Source: Alphaproteobacteria bacterium (lineage in GTDB: Bacteria; Pseudomonadota; Alphaproteobacteria; UBA828). Taken from it: a DNA stretch of 64,000 nucleotides. Positions within the stretch are counted from its first letter, which is position 1. The number at the start of each line of letters is the position of its first letter. Below are positions 39,024-49,669 of this stretch, one piece after another. The notes under the pieces are model-generated. The model made no database searches. It saw nothing but the letters and a program-made list of their open reading frames with translations, and was not told the DNA's origin. Location: the NCBI GenBank assembly GCA_965214705.1, contig OZ243972.1, forward strand, positions 3,712,001 to 3,776,000. The letters are read 5' to 3'. The position numbers and the translations under genes are program-made.

Positions 39024-42000
39024 CTACAGGTAAAGATACCGGTAATCCATCAACAAGTACGACAGCACCACAACCCATGCCCGCGCTGAATAGTGTACGT
39101 CGGAATAGTTTATACTGTTTATGTAGGCGTCCACGCGATCCCCGTCGAACTCAATAGAGGGTCCCCATTCATTCTGCCGCTCCTGCAAGATATCGTCCAA
39201 AATTCCGTCGAAAAAGTACTTGTCTTCCCAAAATCTACAATCCCAGGGATTAAACCAATCACTTTCCGAACTGGAGCGGCGCTCCGTAACGTCGATAAAC
39301 AACTCAAATGCGGAGTTTACCTCTGGCGAATGTGGCATTACCTCAACGCCCAGAAGTTTGTCATACAGCTCGACCAGCTTGTTCCTAATTGCAGTCGCAC
39401 CGCCGCCAGAAAGTGTTTCATCCAGCACTGCTATTTGCAGCTGCGCAACGTCATCACCAACTTGATCTGCCCGCGCCACGAGTTCAAGCGTGTAGTCTCC
39501 GGCGGCTGAGACTTCGATTGGCGCGTCCACCGAGCCGCTGCAGTGAAGTGCGAAGTGGTCATAGACCGGATGATTGCAATCGCTTACGGGTTCCAGGTTT
39601 TCGAGCTCGTAACTCGCGACAATCCGGCCCGTGGCGTCTCGAATGTCAAGTCGATCCAGACGAACGTGGCGTCCCCTGTCAGATTCGTGATCGTACCAGG
39701 AGTTAAGAAAGCTCATTCTCACCGTGCTGGTGCCCGCCGGCAACGATGCTTCCAGCGAATACGTTTCCCATTCGTCTTCGGCCTCGACATGAAAGAAAGC
39801 GACGTCTCCTTGGTTAGGTATCACATTCGCATCGAAGCCAGCGAACAACTTGCGATCCTCATCCGGCAACAGATAAAGCTCGCGCAGGACTACGGGACAA
39901 CTCGTTCGCACAGCGTGTCTCTTGGCTACACCGGCCATGACAGACGTGATATCCCGCGCTCGTTCGGTGATCCCGTCAGAGTCGATACCGCCGTACAGCA
40001 GGCCAAAAGCCCCGGTCAGTTCATTTGGCAAAGCGTCACAATCGCCCCCGCAGCCGGTATCGACATGCCTACCCCACTGAAAACCAGTTAGAGCGTCCGT
40101 TTTGTGTGCCAACTCCTCAGGTGTCAGCAGGCGTCGGGCGCCCGCATCGCGCAGCGCGACCTTGCGCACCGGGTCCTCGTAGCCGAGCGCATCCGCCCGG
40201 AACCACTTGGAGAGCACAATCTCGACCAGGAGGTCCTTGAGATTGTACCGCGCTCCATAACGGAAGCCCTGCCGGAACCCCGCCGCAAGCCGCCTCACTT
40301 CGGCGCTCTGCGAGTTGGCGGCGAGAAGCTGGCCCACGAAATCGGGGTCACCCTCTTCCGCTGGCGGCTCCGCGACCTCGCTCCCCATGAGCGCCGGCCA
40401 CCAGAACCTGACCGTCGCCTCGGCGAAGCGCGGGTCTGCGACGATCTTCCGCGCAAGCCACTGCAGACCGTCCTCGCCGTCTGGCGCCAGTTCACCGCCG
40501 AAACCCGGAGTCCGCATGTCGCGGTACCACGTGTCCCCCTCTTCGTAGGGGTTGGGGATGACTGCTAGCCTAGCGTAGCCATCATCGCCATAGCGCTCAT
40601 CGTACCCGTTCGACCAGGCAGCCACTTCAACGGTGTAGGGGCCATGTTCGGGAACCTCGACGTCGATAAGAATTTCGCATTCGTAATAATCCCCCCACAG
40701 TCTGAAGTAATCTTCGCGTCCGGTGTCGGGATTACGTGGCTTATCTCCACACACGCCCCAAGACGCGACCGGCGGGACCAAGTCCTCGAACTCCACACGG
40801 GTCACCCGCCGACCCAGCGAATCGAGGACATCCAGACGGTCGAGATACACCTCCCCACCCTCTCGGGCGGCTTCGTCCCAAAAGTGGTTCGGGCGGGCCA
40901 CTTTCAGCTTCTGGATGCCGGCGGCAAGGAACAGCGGCCAACTCAGCGTTACCCGGTCTCGCCAGGAGGTTGTTTCGACATTCAGCTCGGTTCCGAGCTC
41001 TTTTTTGTAGAGTTCATGAAGCGAATCCATGCCGCCCCACTGGTCCTTGTAGAATCCTTCATCGCCGTAGTCTTGGAACGCCCCGGCAACGGGGTCCATG
41101 ACGGTGTGGCAGACGGTGCAGGCGGGGTTGCGCATGGTCGGGTTGTTGGTATCAGCCAAGGCAACCGGGTCCATGGTTCGCGAGGCGGAGTTCTCGATGT
41201 CCACGCCGAGGAAGTGATAGTAGGTCCAGCGCGCCCGCGCCCGGTTGCGGTTGGTGGCCGTCGTGGGATAGCGGAACAGGAATGAGGTCGTGTTGAGCAC
41301 GCCGGCGTACGGATAATCGGTCCGCAGGGAGCCGGGGTCCAAGACACGGGTAGCAAGAAGAGCGGGGTCATATTCGTCCTTGTAGTCTTCACCCCTTCGA
41401 TAATACTTGGAGATCTTCGACGGCTTGAACTCGTGCCAATCTTCAGGATCGTTGAATCTCGTCGTAGCCCCATAGGCTCTGGCCGCAAATGGATTGGCCA
41501 TGATGTAGTCGGCCGTCAGGATCTCCGTGTACGGAAGATCGTTCTCGACAATATGGGCAATCAGCTCTACCGGTGCTCGTCGGAAGCCATGTTGGACTTG
41601 GTTCCACCAATTCCAGTATGACGCCCAGTCATCACTCTCAACTGCAAGCTTCGTACGTCTGTAGCTCTCATTGACGAAGTCAACAAAGAATCCCGCATTT
41701 GGATCAATGACGGCCCCCCCCTGTCCGTCAGCAGTCTGTCATTCGCGCCTCGGATGAGGAAGTCGTGGAACTCTGGTCCGGTCATCATGTTGCGGATGGT
41801 GGAGCGCAGCGCCGTCGGGCTGGCATAGATCGAGGCGTACTCTTCATCCGTCGGGATGCGGCCCGCGAATATCAGCGCCGCGCGGCGAAGCGTCTTGCGC
41901 AACGGCGCCATCTGCACAGGATCGAACAGCGTCTCAACCGTGATCACCGCTGGCACAACGTCCGCATCCAGACGGCCAAGGAACTGCTCCATCTGCGCAA

Positions 42001-44245
42001 AGTCCGCAGTCCCCGCCAGCACCTGCGCACCGCCCCCGTGCGACACACCCTGGATCTTGCTCAGGATGAGAGACGCCCCACTTTCGACCTCCGACAGGAA
42101 GGCCTCAAAGACCTCCAGGTTCAACGCCTCGTGGTCAGGCGTCGTGGACGGCACGAACACCAGCCGCGTGTTCCCCGACACGCCGCCTTCCACATGGCAG
42201 GCAATGCACTTCGACTGAACCACAGCCTCAGAGATGTGCTGGCTGAACAGAGCAGAAGGTCCGTCCAGATGCTCAAGGAACCGCTCCATCTGCGCGAAGT
42301 CCCTGCTCCCCGCCGGCACCTGCTCGCCGCCGCCATGCGACACACCCTGGATCTTGTTCAGGATGACCGAGGTCCCGCCCTCCATCTCCGACAGGAAGGA
42401 GGCGAAGGCCTCCAGGTTTAACGCTTCGTGGTCAGGCGTCGAGGAGCGCTCGAACACCAGCCGCGTGTTCCCGGACACGCCCCCCTCCACGTGGCAGGCG
42501 ATACACTTCGACTGCACCACAGGGCCAGAAATCCACTGTCCAAACACCGCCGCAGCCGTCGCCGTGTCCCCAGACCCTCCCGATGCGTCCGCCAGCAGGC
42601 CAAGCGTGGCGTTCGGTGCCGTCGACAGGTTCGCGAGATGCCCGCTCGGACCAGACAGCAAGTTCATCACCTTAAGACGCCGGTTCGCACTCACCCCCAG
42701 GTGCCATTCCCCATCGCCATCGCCGAGCGAGCCGGAAAGCCTGCTCCCCGTGCCCTCTTCGAGATCAGACACCGTCACCTCACGCGACGCGCCCGCCGCC
42801 AGCGTCAGCTGCACCGCGCCGCCAGCCATCGCGCCCGTGCCGTCAACCCCCCGGATGATGATCTCCGCCTCCGTCGCCGAAGGATTGATCAGCCGGAGCT
42901 TCCCCGTCTGCCCCGGTGTCTCCGCCGCATCCAGCAGCGTCACCTGATGACCCCACGCCCGGCGCGGCACCAGGTCGTGCATCGCCGACAGAAGTCCGTC
43001 CTGAACCCCCAGCGGGTGGACATAGGAGAGAACCGCAATGTCGAGAGAGGTGCTCAGCCGCAGCCGCCAGTCCCCGCTGCCCGCGCCCGTGCCCACGGGA
43101 AGTCCCTTGCCCGAGCTGCCCCCCTCAAGCTCGCCCGAGTTGATGACGAGGCTTTCCAGCGCGCTGAGCCGCAGCGTCACCGGCCCGTACGACGTGCCCG
43201 TGTCGTCGACCGCCTCGATCTCCACCCGGCCGAACTGGTCCGTGCGGTTGACGATGCGCAGCACGCCTTCGAGCTCCGTGCGCGAGGCCGAGGGGAACAG
43301 CCCCACCGTGTGGATCGTCGTCGCCCCGTCGCCGCCGTCCACCGCAGCAACCGGACCGCTCGACAGGTTGCTCATCGCCCCGCTGCTCGAACTCACCAGC
43401 AGGTTCATCACCGCGATCGGACGGTCCGCCGTCACAATCAGACGCCACCGACCCGACCCATCGCCGAGCGACCCGCTCAGACCATCGCCGTCCCCCGTCT
43501 CAAGCTCGGACGCCGTGACCATCCGCGACGCCCGTGCCGGTAGAGACAGGCGCACGGCTCCACCCGGCGAGGCGCCCTCATCATCGATCCCCTCGATGGT
43601 CACCGCCGCCGCCATAGCGCCGGGGTTGATCAGGCGCAACCGGCTCACCTGCCCGGTGGTGCTCGCGGGATTGAACAGAGCGATCCGGTACCCCGAGCCG
43701 CCCTGCCGCACCACGTCCTGCATCCCGCTCACCAGACCGTCCTGCGTCCGGGCGTAGGACAAGACCTCGATATCCAGGGTGCTGCTCAGCTCAAGGCGCC
43801 AGGCTCCTGTGCCCGCGCCGATGCCCGCGCGGAAGCCCGTCTCCGCATCGCCCTCCTCCAGATCGCCGGCATCGAAATGCACCGTCTCGCCCGCGCCGAT
43901 ATCCAGCGTCACCGGGCCATGGCGCAGGCCGGCGTCGTCGTAGGCCACGATGCTCACCGTGCCCGCCGACATCGCATGATTGATGATGCGCACATGGCCG
44001 ACGCTGCCCGTCGCCGTCGACTGCGTGAGAAGCGGCACCGTGAGCGTAGAGGACGCACCTGTCGAGGTCGTCGCCGTGCGATCAACCGCGCCATAAACAA
44101 ACGCAGCGGACACGCAAAGAACTCCGGCGAACACCACAGGGATCGCCAGAGACTTGCGCAGGCCTCGTATCAGTCGCCACGGATGTAGCCCCGCGACCGC
44201 AGCCAGCCATGTTCTTGCCAGCATCCTAACCTGCCAGCATCTCAA
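39024..44245 (-). pseudogene. Large secreted modular protein (~1,740 aa) with three CxxCH motifs and a DUF1588/1592-like core; out of frame at a G8 tract
   Basis: Two track ORFs (41567-44245 and 39024-41501) join if one G is added at 41714-41721; TLRRAALIFAGRIPT, AGVL...YPTTATNRNRARA, CTVCHTVMDP, CIACH twice. Confidence 0.75.
41975..42545 (-). repeat. Intragenic tandem duplication, 297-bp period (CIACH domain)
   Basis: VVQSKCIACHVEGGVSGNTRLVF..S.TPDHEALNLE...KIQGVSHGGG.QV.AG..DFAQME.FL occurs twice; CGACACACCCTGGATCTTG at 42041 and 42338. Confidence 0.9.
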
Positions 44246-44270
44246 CCGACCCGGCCCATAAAACCACTAG

Positions 44271-44419
44271 GGAAGGTCTGAATAAGTGCCTCCTGCATTT
44301 CTCAGACGCGCAAGGCGGAAGCGCGCTTTCCGCTTTGCTCACATTTTCAGTGACTTACAGCCACCGAAAATGGTGGCACATCCCTGTGCCACGGGAACCC
44401 CTGATAAATCAGAGGTTCC
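44271..44419. mobile_element. IS5-type MITE (149 bp)
   Basis: Imperfect IRs GGAAGGTCTGAAT / AATCAGAGGTTCC flanked by CTAG on both sides; left end matches the neighbouring IS5 end. Confidence 0.75.
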
Positions 44420-44482
44420 CTAGAGAAGACCGCAAGCAATCTCTAAATCCAATACAACTCTACAGTCAATTCAGACAACTAG

Positions 44483-45684
44483 GGAAGGTCTGATCAAGTC
44501 GGGTGTGCCATGATTTGCGCATGAGTCGCGGATTGGATGATCGTGTCATGGCACAGGCAAGCTTTGCGGAACTGGAGCACGAGATGAAGAAGCGCCGGAC
44601 GCGGCGCGAGCTGTTCCTTGAGAAGATGGACAAGCTGGTTCCGTGGGAGCGGCTGGAACGACGGATCGAGCCGTTCTATCCGAAGGCGGGGCGCGGTCGG
44701 CGCCCGTACCCGCTTGGGGTGATGCTGCGGGTTCACTGCGTGCAGTTGTTCTACAACCTGAGCGATCCGGGGATGGAGGACCTGCTCTACGAGGTGGAGT
44801 CGGTGAGGCGTTTCGTGGGGCTGCGCCTGACGGAGGCGCTGCCCGACGAGACCACCATCCTGAACTTCCGGCATCTGCTGGAGAGGCACGATCTGGGCGC
44901 GGGTCTGTTCGAGGAGATCAATGCGCACCTGGCATCGCGCGGCCATCGGCTGCGCACGGGGACGATCGTTGACGCGAGCATCATCGAGGCGCCGTCGTCG
45001 ACGAAGAACCGGCGCCGGGCACGGGACCCCGAGATGCGTCAGACGAAGAAGGGCAAGCAGTGGTATTTCGGGATGAAGGCGCACATCGGGGTGGACGCCG
45101 GGTCGGGTCTGGCGCACAGCGTGGTGACGACGGCGGCCAACGCAAGCGACGTGACGCAGGCGGGAGCGCTGCTGCATGGCGCTGAGACGACGGCGTGGGG
45201 CGACGCGGGCTACCAGGGGGTGGAGAAGCGGCCTGAGCACCGGGATGGCGGTGTCGAGTGGCGTGTGGCGATGAAGCCGGGGCGGCGGCGGCTTCTGGGC
45301 GAGGGCGGCGCCGAAGCGGCGGCGGAGACGCGCAAGGCGTCAGTGCGGGCGAAAGTGGAGCATCCGTTCCTGTACGTGAAGCGGCACTTCGGCTACGCCA
45401 GGGTGCGCTACCGGGGCGTGGCGAAGAACAGGCAGCGCATCGCGTTGCTGCTGGGGTTCTCGAACCTGCTGATCGCCGGCCGCTACGCGACGCAATGACA
45501 GGGGAGCAGGTTGCCCGCTGCGGGCGGGACGGCGGGGAAGGAGGCGGATCGACACGGATATCACCCGTTCGCAACGCATCCCGCGACAAAAGCAGCCCCC
45601 GGCCCGTCGGCAATATCGTCGAGCTTCAAATCCAAGCTGCCTCTCCCCCTCGAAGCCGAGAAGATGGGGTTGTTCAGACTTTCC
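44483..45684 (+). mobile_element. IS5-family IS
   Basis: IRs GGAAGGTCTGATCAA / TTGTTCAGACTTTCC; flanks CTAG (left) and TTAA (right). Confidence 0.88.
44548..45498 (+). CDS. IS5-family transposase
   Basis: PDETTILNFRHLL, VDASII, WYFGMKAHIGVD, GDAGY, RAKVEHPF, RYRG. Confidence 0.93.
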   Translation: MAQASFAELEHEMKKRRTRRELFLEKMDKLVPWERLERRIEPFYPKAGRGRRPYPLGVMLRVHCVQLFYNLSDPGMEDLLYEVESVRRFVGLRLTEALPDETTILNFRHLLERHDLGAGLFEEINAHLASRGHRLRTGTIVDASIIEAPSSTKNRRRARDPEMRQTKKGKQWYFGMKAHIGVDAGSGLAHSVVTTAANASDVTQAGALLHGAETTAWGDAGYQGVEKRPEHRDGGVEWRVAMKPGRRRLLGEGGAEAAAETRKASVRAKVEHPFLYVKRHFGYARVRYRGVAKNRQRIALLLGFSNLLIAGRYATQ

Positions 45685-45881
45685 TTAACGTGAACAGGCC
45701 CTACCGGAACGGCGGCGAATAGAGGGCGCCGCGTCTGCTTTCGATCGAGTGTCCGGCGGTTGCCTCAGGACCGCTCTCCCCATAACATCCTGCCGCCCGG
45801 CACACGAGGAGGCCGGGCCATGATCGAATCGGCGCGTCGTCGAGCCCGAGCGGCCCGGCGTGCGCCTCACTGCGTGGGAGA

Positions 45882-47930
45882 GTGGTGTTGACAGATTATC
45901 TGGTCGGAATCGACGTCGGAGGCACGTTCACGGATTTCGTGAGCTACAATTCTGAGACCAGGGCGGTCGATGTTTGGAAGATCCTGTCGACGCCCCACGA
46001 CCCCAACGAAGGCATCCTGGGCGGGCTCGGGCGCTTCGAGGCGCCGTCGGACATCCGCAACATCAGGCTGGGGACGACGGTGGCGACCAACGCGATCCTG
46101 GAGCGCAAGGGCGCGAAGGTCGCCTACGTGACCACCGAGGGCTTTCGCGACATCCCGTTCATCCAGCGGGGCAACCGGCGCAGCCACTACGACATCACCT
46201 GGATCAAGCCGAAGCCGCTGGTCAAGCGCCGCAACTGCTACGAGGTGAACGAGCGGATCATGTCCGACGGCACGGTGCACGTGCCGCTCGACGAGGACGG
46301 GGTCCGCGCCATCGCGCAGCAGATCAGGGAGGAAGGCTCCATCGAGGCGGTGGCGGTCAACTTCCTGTTCTCGTACGTGACGCCGGATCACGAGCGGCGC
46401 GCCAAGGAGATTCTGGAGGAGGAGCTGCCGGATATCCCGATCTCCATCTCCTACGACGTGCTGCCGAAGTGGAAAGAGTACGAGCGCGCGTCCACCACCA
46501 TCGCGGACGCCTACGTCAAGCCGGTGGTGAACAGCCAGGTCGCGAACCTGCGCGAGCGCTTCAAGGGGAGCGGGGTGACCGACCAGGCCGTGGTCATCAA
46601 GTCCAACGGCGGCGAGATGACCCTGGAGGCGGCGCAGCGGACGCCGATCCAGATGACCGTCTCCGGCCCGACGGGCGGGGTGATCGCGGGCAAGCATGTC
46701 GCCAAGCTGAGCGGGATCAGCCACCTCGTCACCCTCGACATGGGCGGCACGTCGACCGACACGTCGACCATCGTGGGCGGGCAGGAGAACTTCACCACCG
46801 ACTACGAGGTGGAGTTCGGCGTCCCCATCCAGATCCCCATGATCGACATCCGCACCATCGGCGCAGGCGGCGGCTCCATCGCCTGGATCGACAAGGGCGG
46901 CATGCTGCGCGTGGGGCCCGAGAGCGCCGGCGCGAACCCCGGCCCCGCCTGCTACGGCACCGGCGGCGAGCGCCCGGCAGTGACCGACGCGAACCTGCTA
47001 CTGGGCCGCATCAACCCCGAGAACTTCCTGGGCGGCGAGATGGCCCTCGATGTCGCGGCGGCCGAGAAGGCGATCGCGACCGTTGCCGAGCCCTTGGGCC
47101 GCACCGCCGAGGAGACCGCACTCGCCATCGTGCAGATCGCCAACAACAACATGGTGGGCGCGCTGCGCTCGGTGCTGATCGAGCGCGGTCTCGACCCGCG
47201 CGACTTCGCGCTATTGGCCTTCGGCGGCGCGGGGCCGCTGCATTCGGCCGACCTGATGAACGACGCCGGCATCCCGTCGGGCGTCATTCCCAACTACCCC
47301 GGCCAGTTCTCGGCCTTCGGCTTCATCCTCACCGATGCCCGCGTCGACGTGCAGCGCACGGTGCAGATGACCTCCAAGCGCTTCGACCAGGCGCGGGCGT
47401 CGGAGGTGATGCACGCGCTGATCGAGACCGGCATCGCCGAGCTGAAGGCGCAGGGCTACGTCAAGAACATCGAGATCTACCGCTCGCTGGAGATGCGCTA
47501 TCTCGGCCAGAACTACGAGCTGGAGATCCCGGTCGCCTTCGATTCCTTCACCGACGAGACCACGCCCAAGGTCTGGCAGGCGTTCCACGACATGCATCTC
47601 GCGCGTTTCGGCTTCAACATCCCGCGCGAGGTGATCGAGGTCATCACGGTCAAGGCCACCGTGGTCTCGCTCACCGAGAAGCCCGATCTCGCCACCATCG
47701 GCAAGGCCGACGGCGAGCCCGAGGTCGTCTCCACGCGCTCGGTCGTGTTCGACGACGGGCGCCACGACACGCCGATCTACAACCGCGCCCAGCTGCGCGA
47801 CGGCCACGCGATCACCGGGCCTGCGGTCATCGAGGAGCCGGTCTCGGTGACCGTGCTGCGCCCAGGCCAACCCATGAAGGTGGATCAGTACGGCAATCTT
47901 CTGATCGGCCGCATCGCCGAGGAGTCCTGA
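45882..47930 (+). CDS. Hydantoinase A/oxoprolinase family protein
   Basis: GIDVGGTFTD, GTTVATN, SGPTGG, DMGGTSTD, IGAGGGS, FGGAGPLH. Confidence 0.93.
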   Translation: MVLTDYLVGIDVGGTFTDFVSYNSETRAVDVWKILSTPHDPNEGILGGLGRFEAPSDIRNIRLGTTVATNAILERKGAKVAYVTTEGFRDIPFIQRGNRRSHYDITWIKPKPLVKRRNCYEVNERIMSDGTVHVPLDEDGVRAIAQQIREEGSIEAVAVNFLFSYVTPDHERRAKEILEEELPDIPISISYDVLPKWKEYERASTTIADAYVKPVVNSQVANLRERFKGSGVTDQAVVIKSNGGEMTLEAAQRTPIQMTVSGPTGGVIAGKHVAKLSGISHLVTLDMGGTSTDTSTIVGGQENFTTDYEVEFGVPIQIPMIDIRTIGAGGGSIAWIDKGGMLRVGPESAGANPGPACYGTGGERPAVTDANLLLGRINPENFLGGEMALDVAAAEKAIATVAEPLGRTAEETALAIVQIANNNMVGALRSVLIERGLDPRDFALLAFGGAGPLHSADLMNDAGIPSGVIPNYPGQFSAFGFILTDARVDVQRTVQMTSKRFDQARASEVMHALIETGIAELKAQGYVKNIEIYRSLEMRYLGQNYELEIPVAFDSFTDETTPKVWQAFHDMHLARFGFNIPREVIEVITVKATVVSLTEKPDLATIGKADGEPEVVSTRSVVFDDGRHDTPIYNRAQLRDGHAITGPAVIEEPVSVTVLRPGQPMKVDQYGNLLIGRIAEES

Positions 47931-47932
47931 CC

Positions 47933-49660
47933 ATGACCCAGAAGCCCGACGTCGACATGGTCGCCATGTCGATCATCGACTCCACCATGACCGCGGTCTG
48001 CCGCGAAATGGGCATCGTCCTGATGAAGACGTCGTACTCGACGATCTTCAACGAGGCGCTGGACTTCACCTGCGCGCTCGCGAGCCCCGAAGGCGAGATG
48101 ATCGCGCAGGCCGAGTACTGCCCCTCGATGATCGGCGGCGTGCCCCTGCTGGTGCGAAGCTGCGTCAAGGAGATCCCGCTGGAGACCCTCGAGCCCGGCG
48201 ACGTGATCTGCCACAACGACCCCTATCGCGGCGGCCTGCACTGCCCCGAGCACACGCTGATCAAGCCGGTCTTCGTCGATGACGAGCTCATGGGCTTCGC
48301 CATGACCATCGGGCATCTGCAGGAGATTGGCGGCATGGTGCCGGGCGCCTTCGCCGGCGAGGCGACCGAGATCTTCCACGAAGGCATCCGCGTGCCCCCG
48401 GTCAAGATCAAGAGCCGCGGCGAGGACGTGGAGGAGGTGTGGAAGCTGCTGCTCGCGAACGTCCGTACCCCCCGCTACAACTACGGCGACCTGCGCGCCC
48501 TGATCGCGGGCGTGGACGTGGGCGAGCGCGGGCTCGCGAAGCTCATCCGCAAGTACGGCAAGGACAACTTCCGCCGCAACGTTCTGGACCTGATGGACTA
48601 CTCCGAGAGCCGCATGCGCGCGGAGATCGGCGCCATCGAGGACGGCGTCTATCGCTTTCAGGACCAGGTCGAGGACGACGGCATCGAGAGCAAGCCGTAT
48701 ACGATCAAGGTGGCGGTCCACGTCCAGGGCGGGGAGGTGGTGATCGACTATTCCGGCACCTCGCCGCAGGCGCTGGGCCCGATCAACGCCACCCTCGGCG
48801 TCTCCTACTCCGCCGCCTACAACGGCATCCTGCAGGTCACCGACGAGACCATCCCGAAGAACTCGGGTTGCTTCCGCCCGATCCGCGTGGTCTCGCCGCC
48901 CGGTACCTTGCTCAACGTGGACTATCCGGGGCCGGAGGTCGGCGGCAACACCGAGACCCACTGCAAGATTGCGGGCGCGGTGATCGGCGCGTTGGCGCCG
49001 GCGCTGCCGGATCGCACCATGGCGGCGGAGGGCGCGACGCACACCAACTTCGTCTTCGGCGGCACCGATGAGGAGACCGGCGAGGCCTTCGTCTGCTACG
49101 CCATCGAGCTCTCGGGCTGGGGCGGGCGCAGCTTCGCCGACGGCAACGACGCCACCGATTCGATCAACGGCAACTGCCGGGTGGTGCCGGTGGAGGTGTT
49201 CGAGACCCGCTTCCCGTTCCGCACCGAGTCCTACATCCTGGTGCAGGATTCCGGCGGCGCCGGCCTGAATCGCGGCGGTCTCAGCACCCAGCGCACGCTC
49301 AAGAGCCTGGATACCGAGATCATGGGCAGCCAGATGTCCGACCGCCACCGCAACCGGCCCTGGGGGCTAGGCGGCGGCCAGCCCGGCGGGCTTGCTGGCA
49401 CCTGGTATCAGCAGGCGAACACGACGAGCTGGCACATGATCGACGAGGCCTTCGGCAAGGCCAGCCCGAGCAAGTGGAGCAACGTGCGCATCCGGCCTGG
49501 CGATTCGATCCGCTTCCAGACTCCGGGCGGCGGCGGCTGGGGCGATCCGCGCGAGCGCTCGCGGGAGCAGGTGATCGAGGATCTGGCCGAGGGCTACATC
49601 TCGCCCGCCTCGGCGCGGGAGCACTACGGCCTGGACGGCGCCGCCGAAGCGGCGGAGTAG
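47933..49660 (+). CDS. Hydantoinase B/oxoprolinase family protein
   Basis: MTQKPD start 2 nt after the A-subunit stop; PGDVICHNDPYRGGLH, DSGGAG..RGG, TPGGGGWGDP. Confidence 0.93.
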   Translation: MTQKPDVDMVAMSIIDSTMTAVCREMGIVLMKTSYSTIFNEALDFTCALASPEGEMIAQAEYCPSMIGGVPLLVRSCVKEIPLETLEPGDVICHNDPYRGGLHCPEHTLIKPVFVDDELMGFAMTIGHLQEIGGMVPGAFAGEATEIFHEGIRVPPVKIKSRGEDVEEVWKLLLANVRTPRYNYGDLRALIAGVDVGERGLAKLIRKYGKDNFRRNVLDLMDYSESRMRAEIGAIEDGVYRFQDQVEDDGIESKPYTIKVAVHVQGGEVVIDYSGTSPQALGPINATLGVSYSAAYNGILQVTDETIPKNSGCFRPIRVVSPPGTLLNVDYPGPEVGGNTETHCKIAGAVIGALAPALPDRTMAAEGATHTNFVFGGTDEETGEAFVCYAIELSGWGGRSFADGNDATDSINGNCRVVPVEVFETRFPFRTESYILVQDSGGAGLNRGGLSTQRTLKSLDTEIMGSQMSDRHRNRPWGLGGGQPGGLAGTWYQQANTTSWHMIDEAFGKASPSKWSNVRIRPGDSIRFQTPGGGGWGDPRERSREQVIEDLAEGYISPASAREHYGLDGAAEAAE

Positions 49661-49669
49661 GGCGGGCGG

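Larger units (their letters stand above)
11640..45690. mobile_element. Accessory genomic island (approximate limits)
   Basis: Integrase remnant at left, IS5 at right; every IS found in the window lies inside; several cargo genes look more AT-rich than the flanks; no att sites found. Confidence 0.65.

Noticed and set aside
41975-42545. Repeat pair as a DGR template/variable region
   Set aside because: Both copies are in-frame coding sequence, the differences are not adenine-specific by eye, and no reverse transcriptase is present.
45974-49660. 1228-aa ORF as a giant or fused protein
   Set aside because: The first ~650 aa are an off-frame shadow of hydantoinase A; the real gene starts at 47933.
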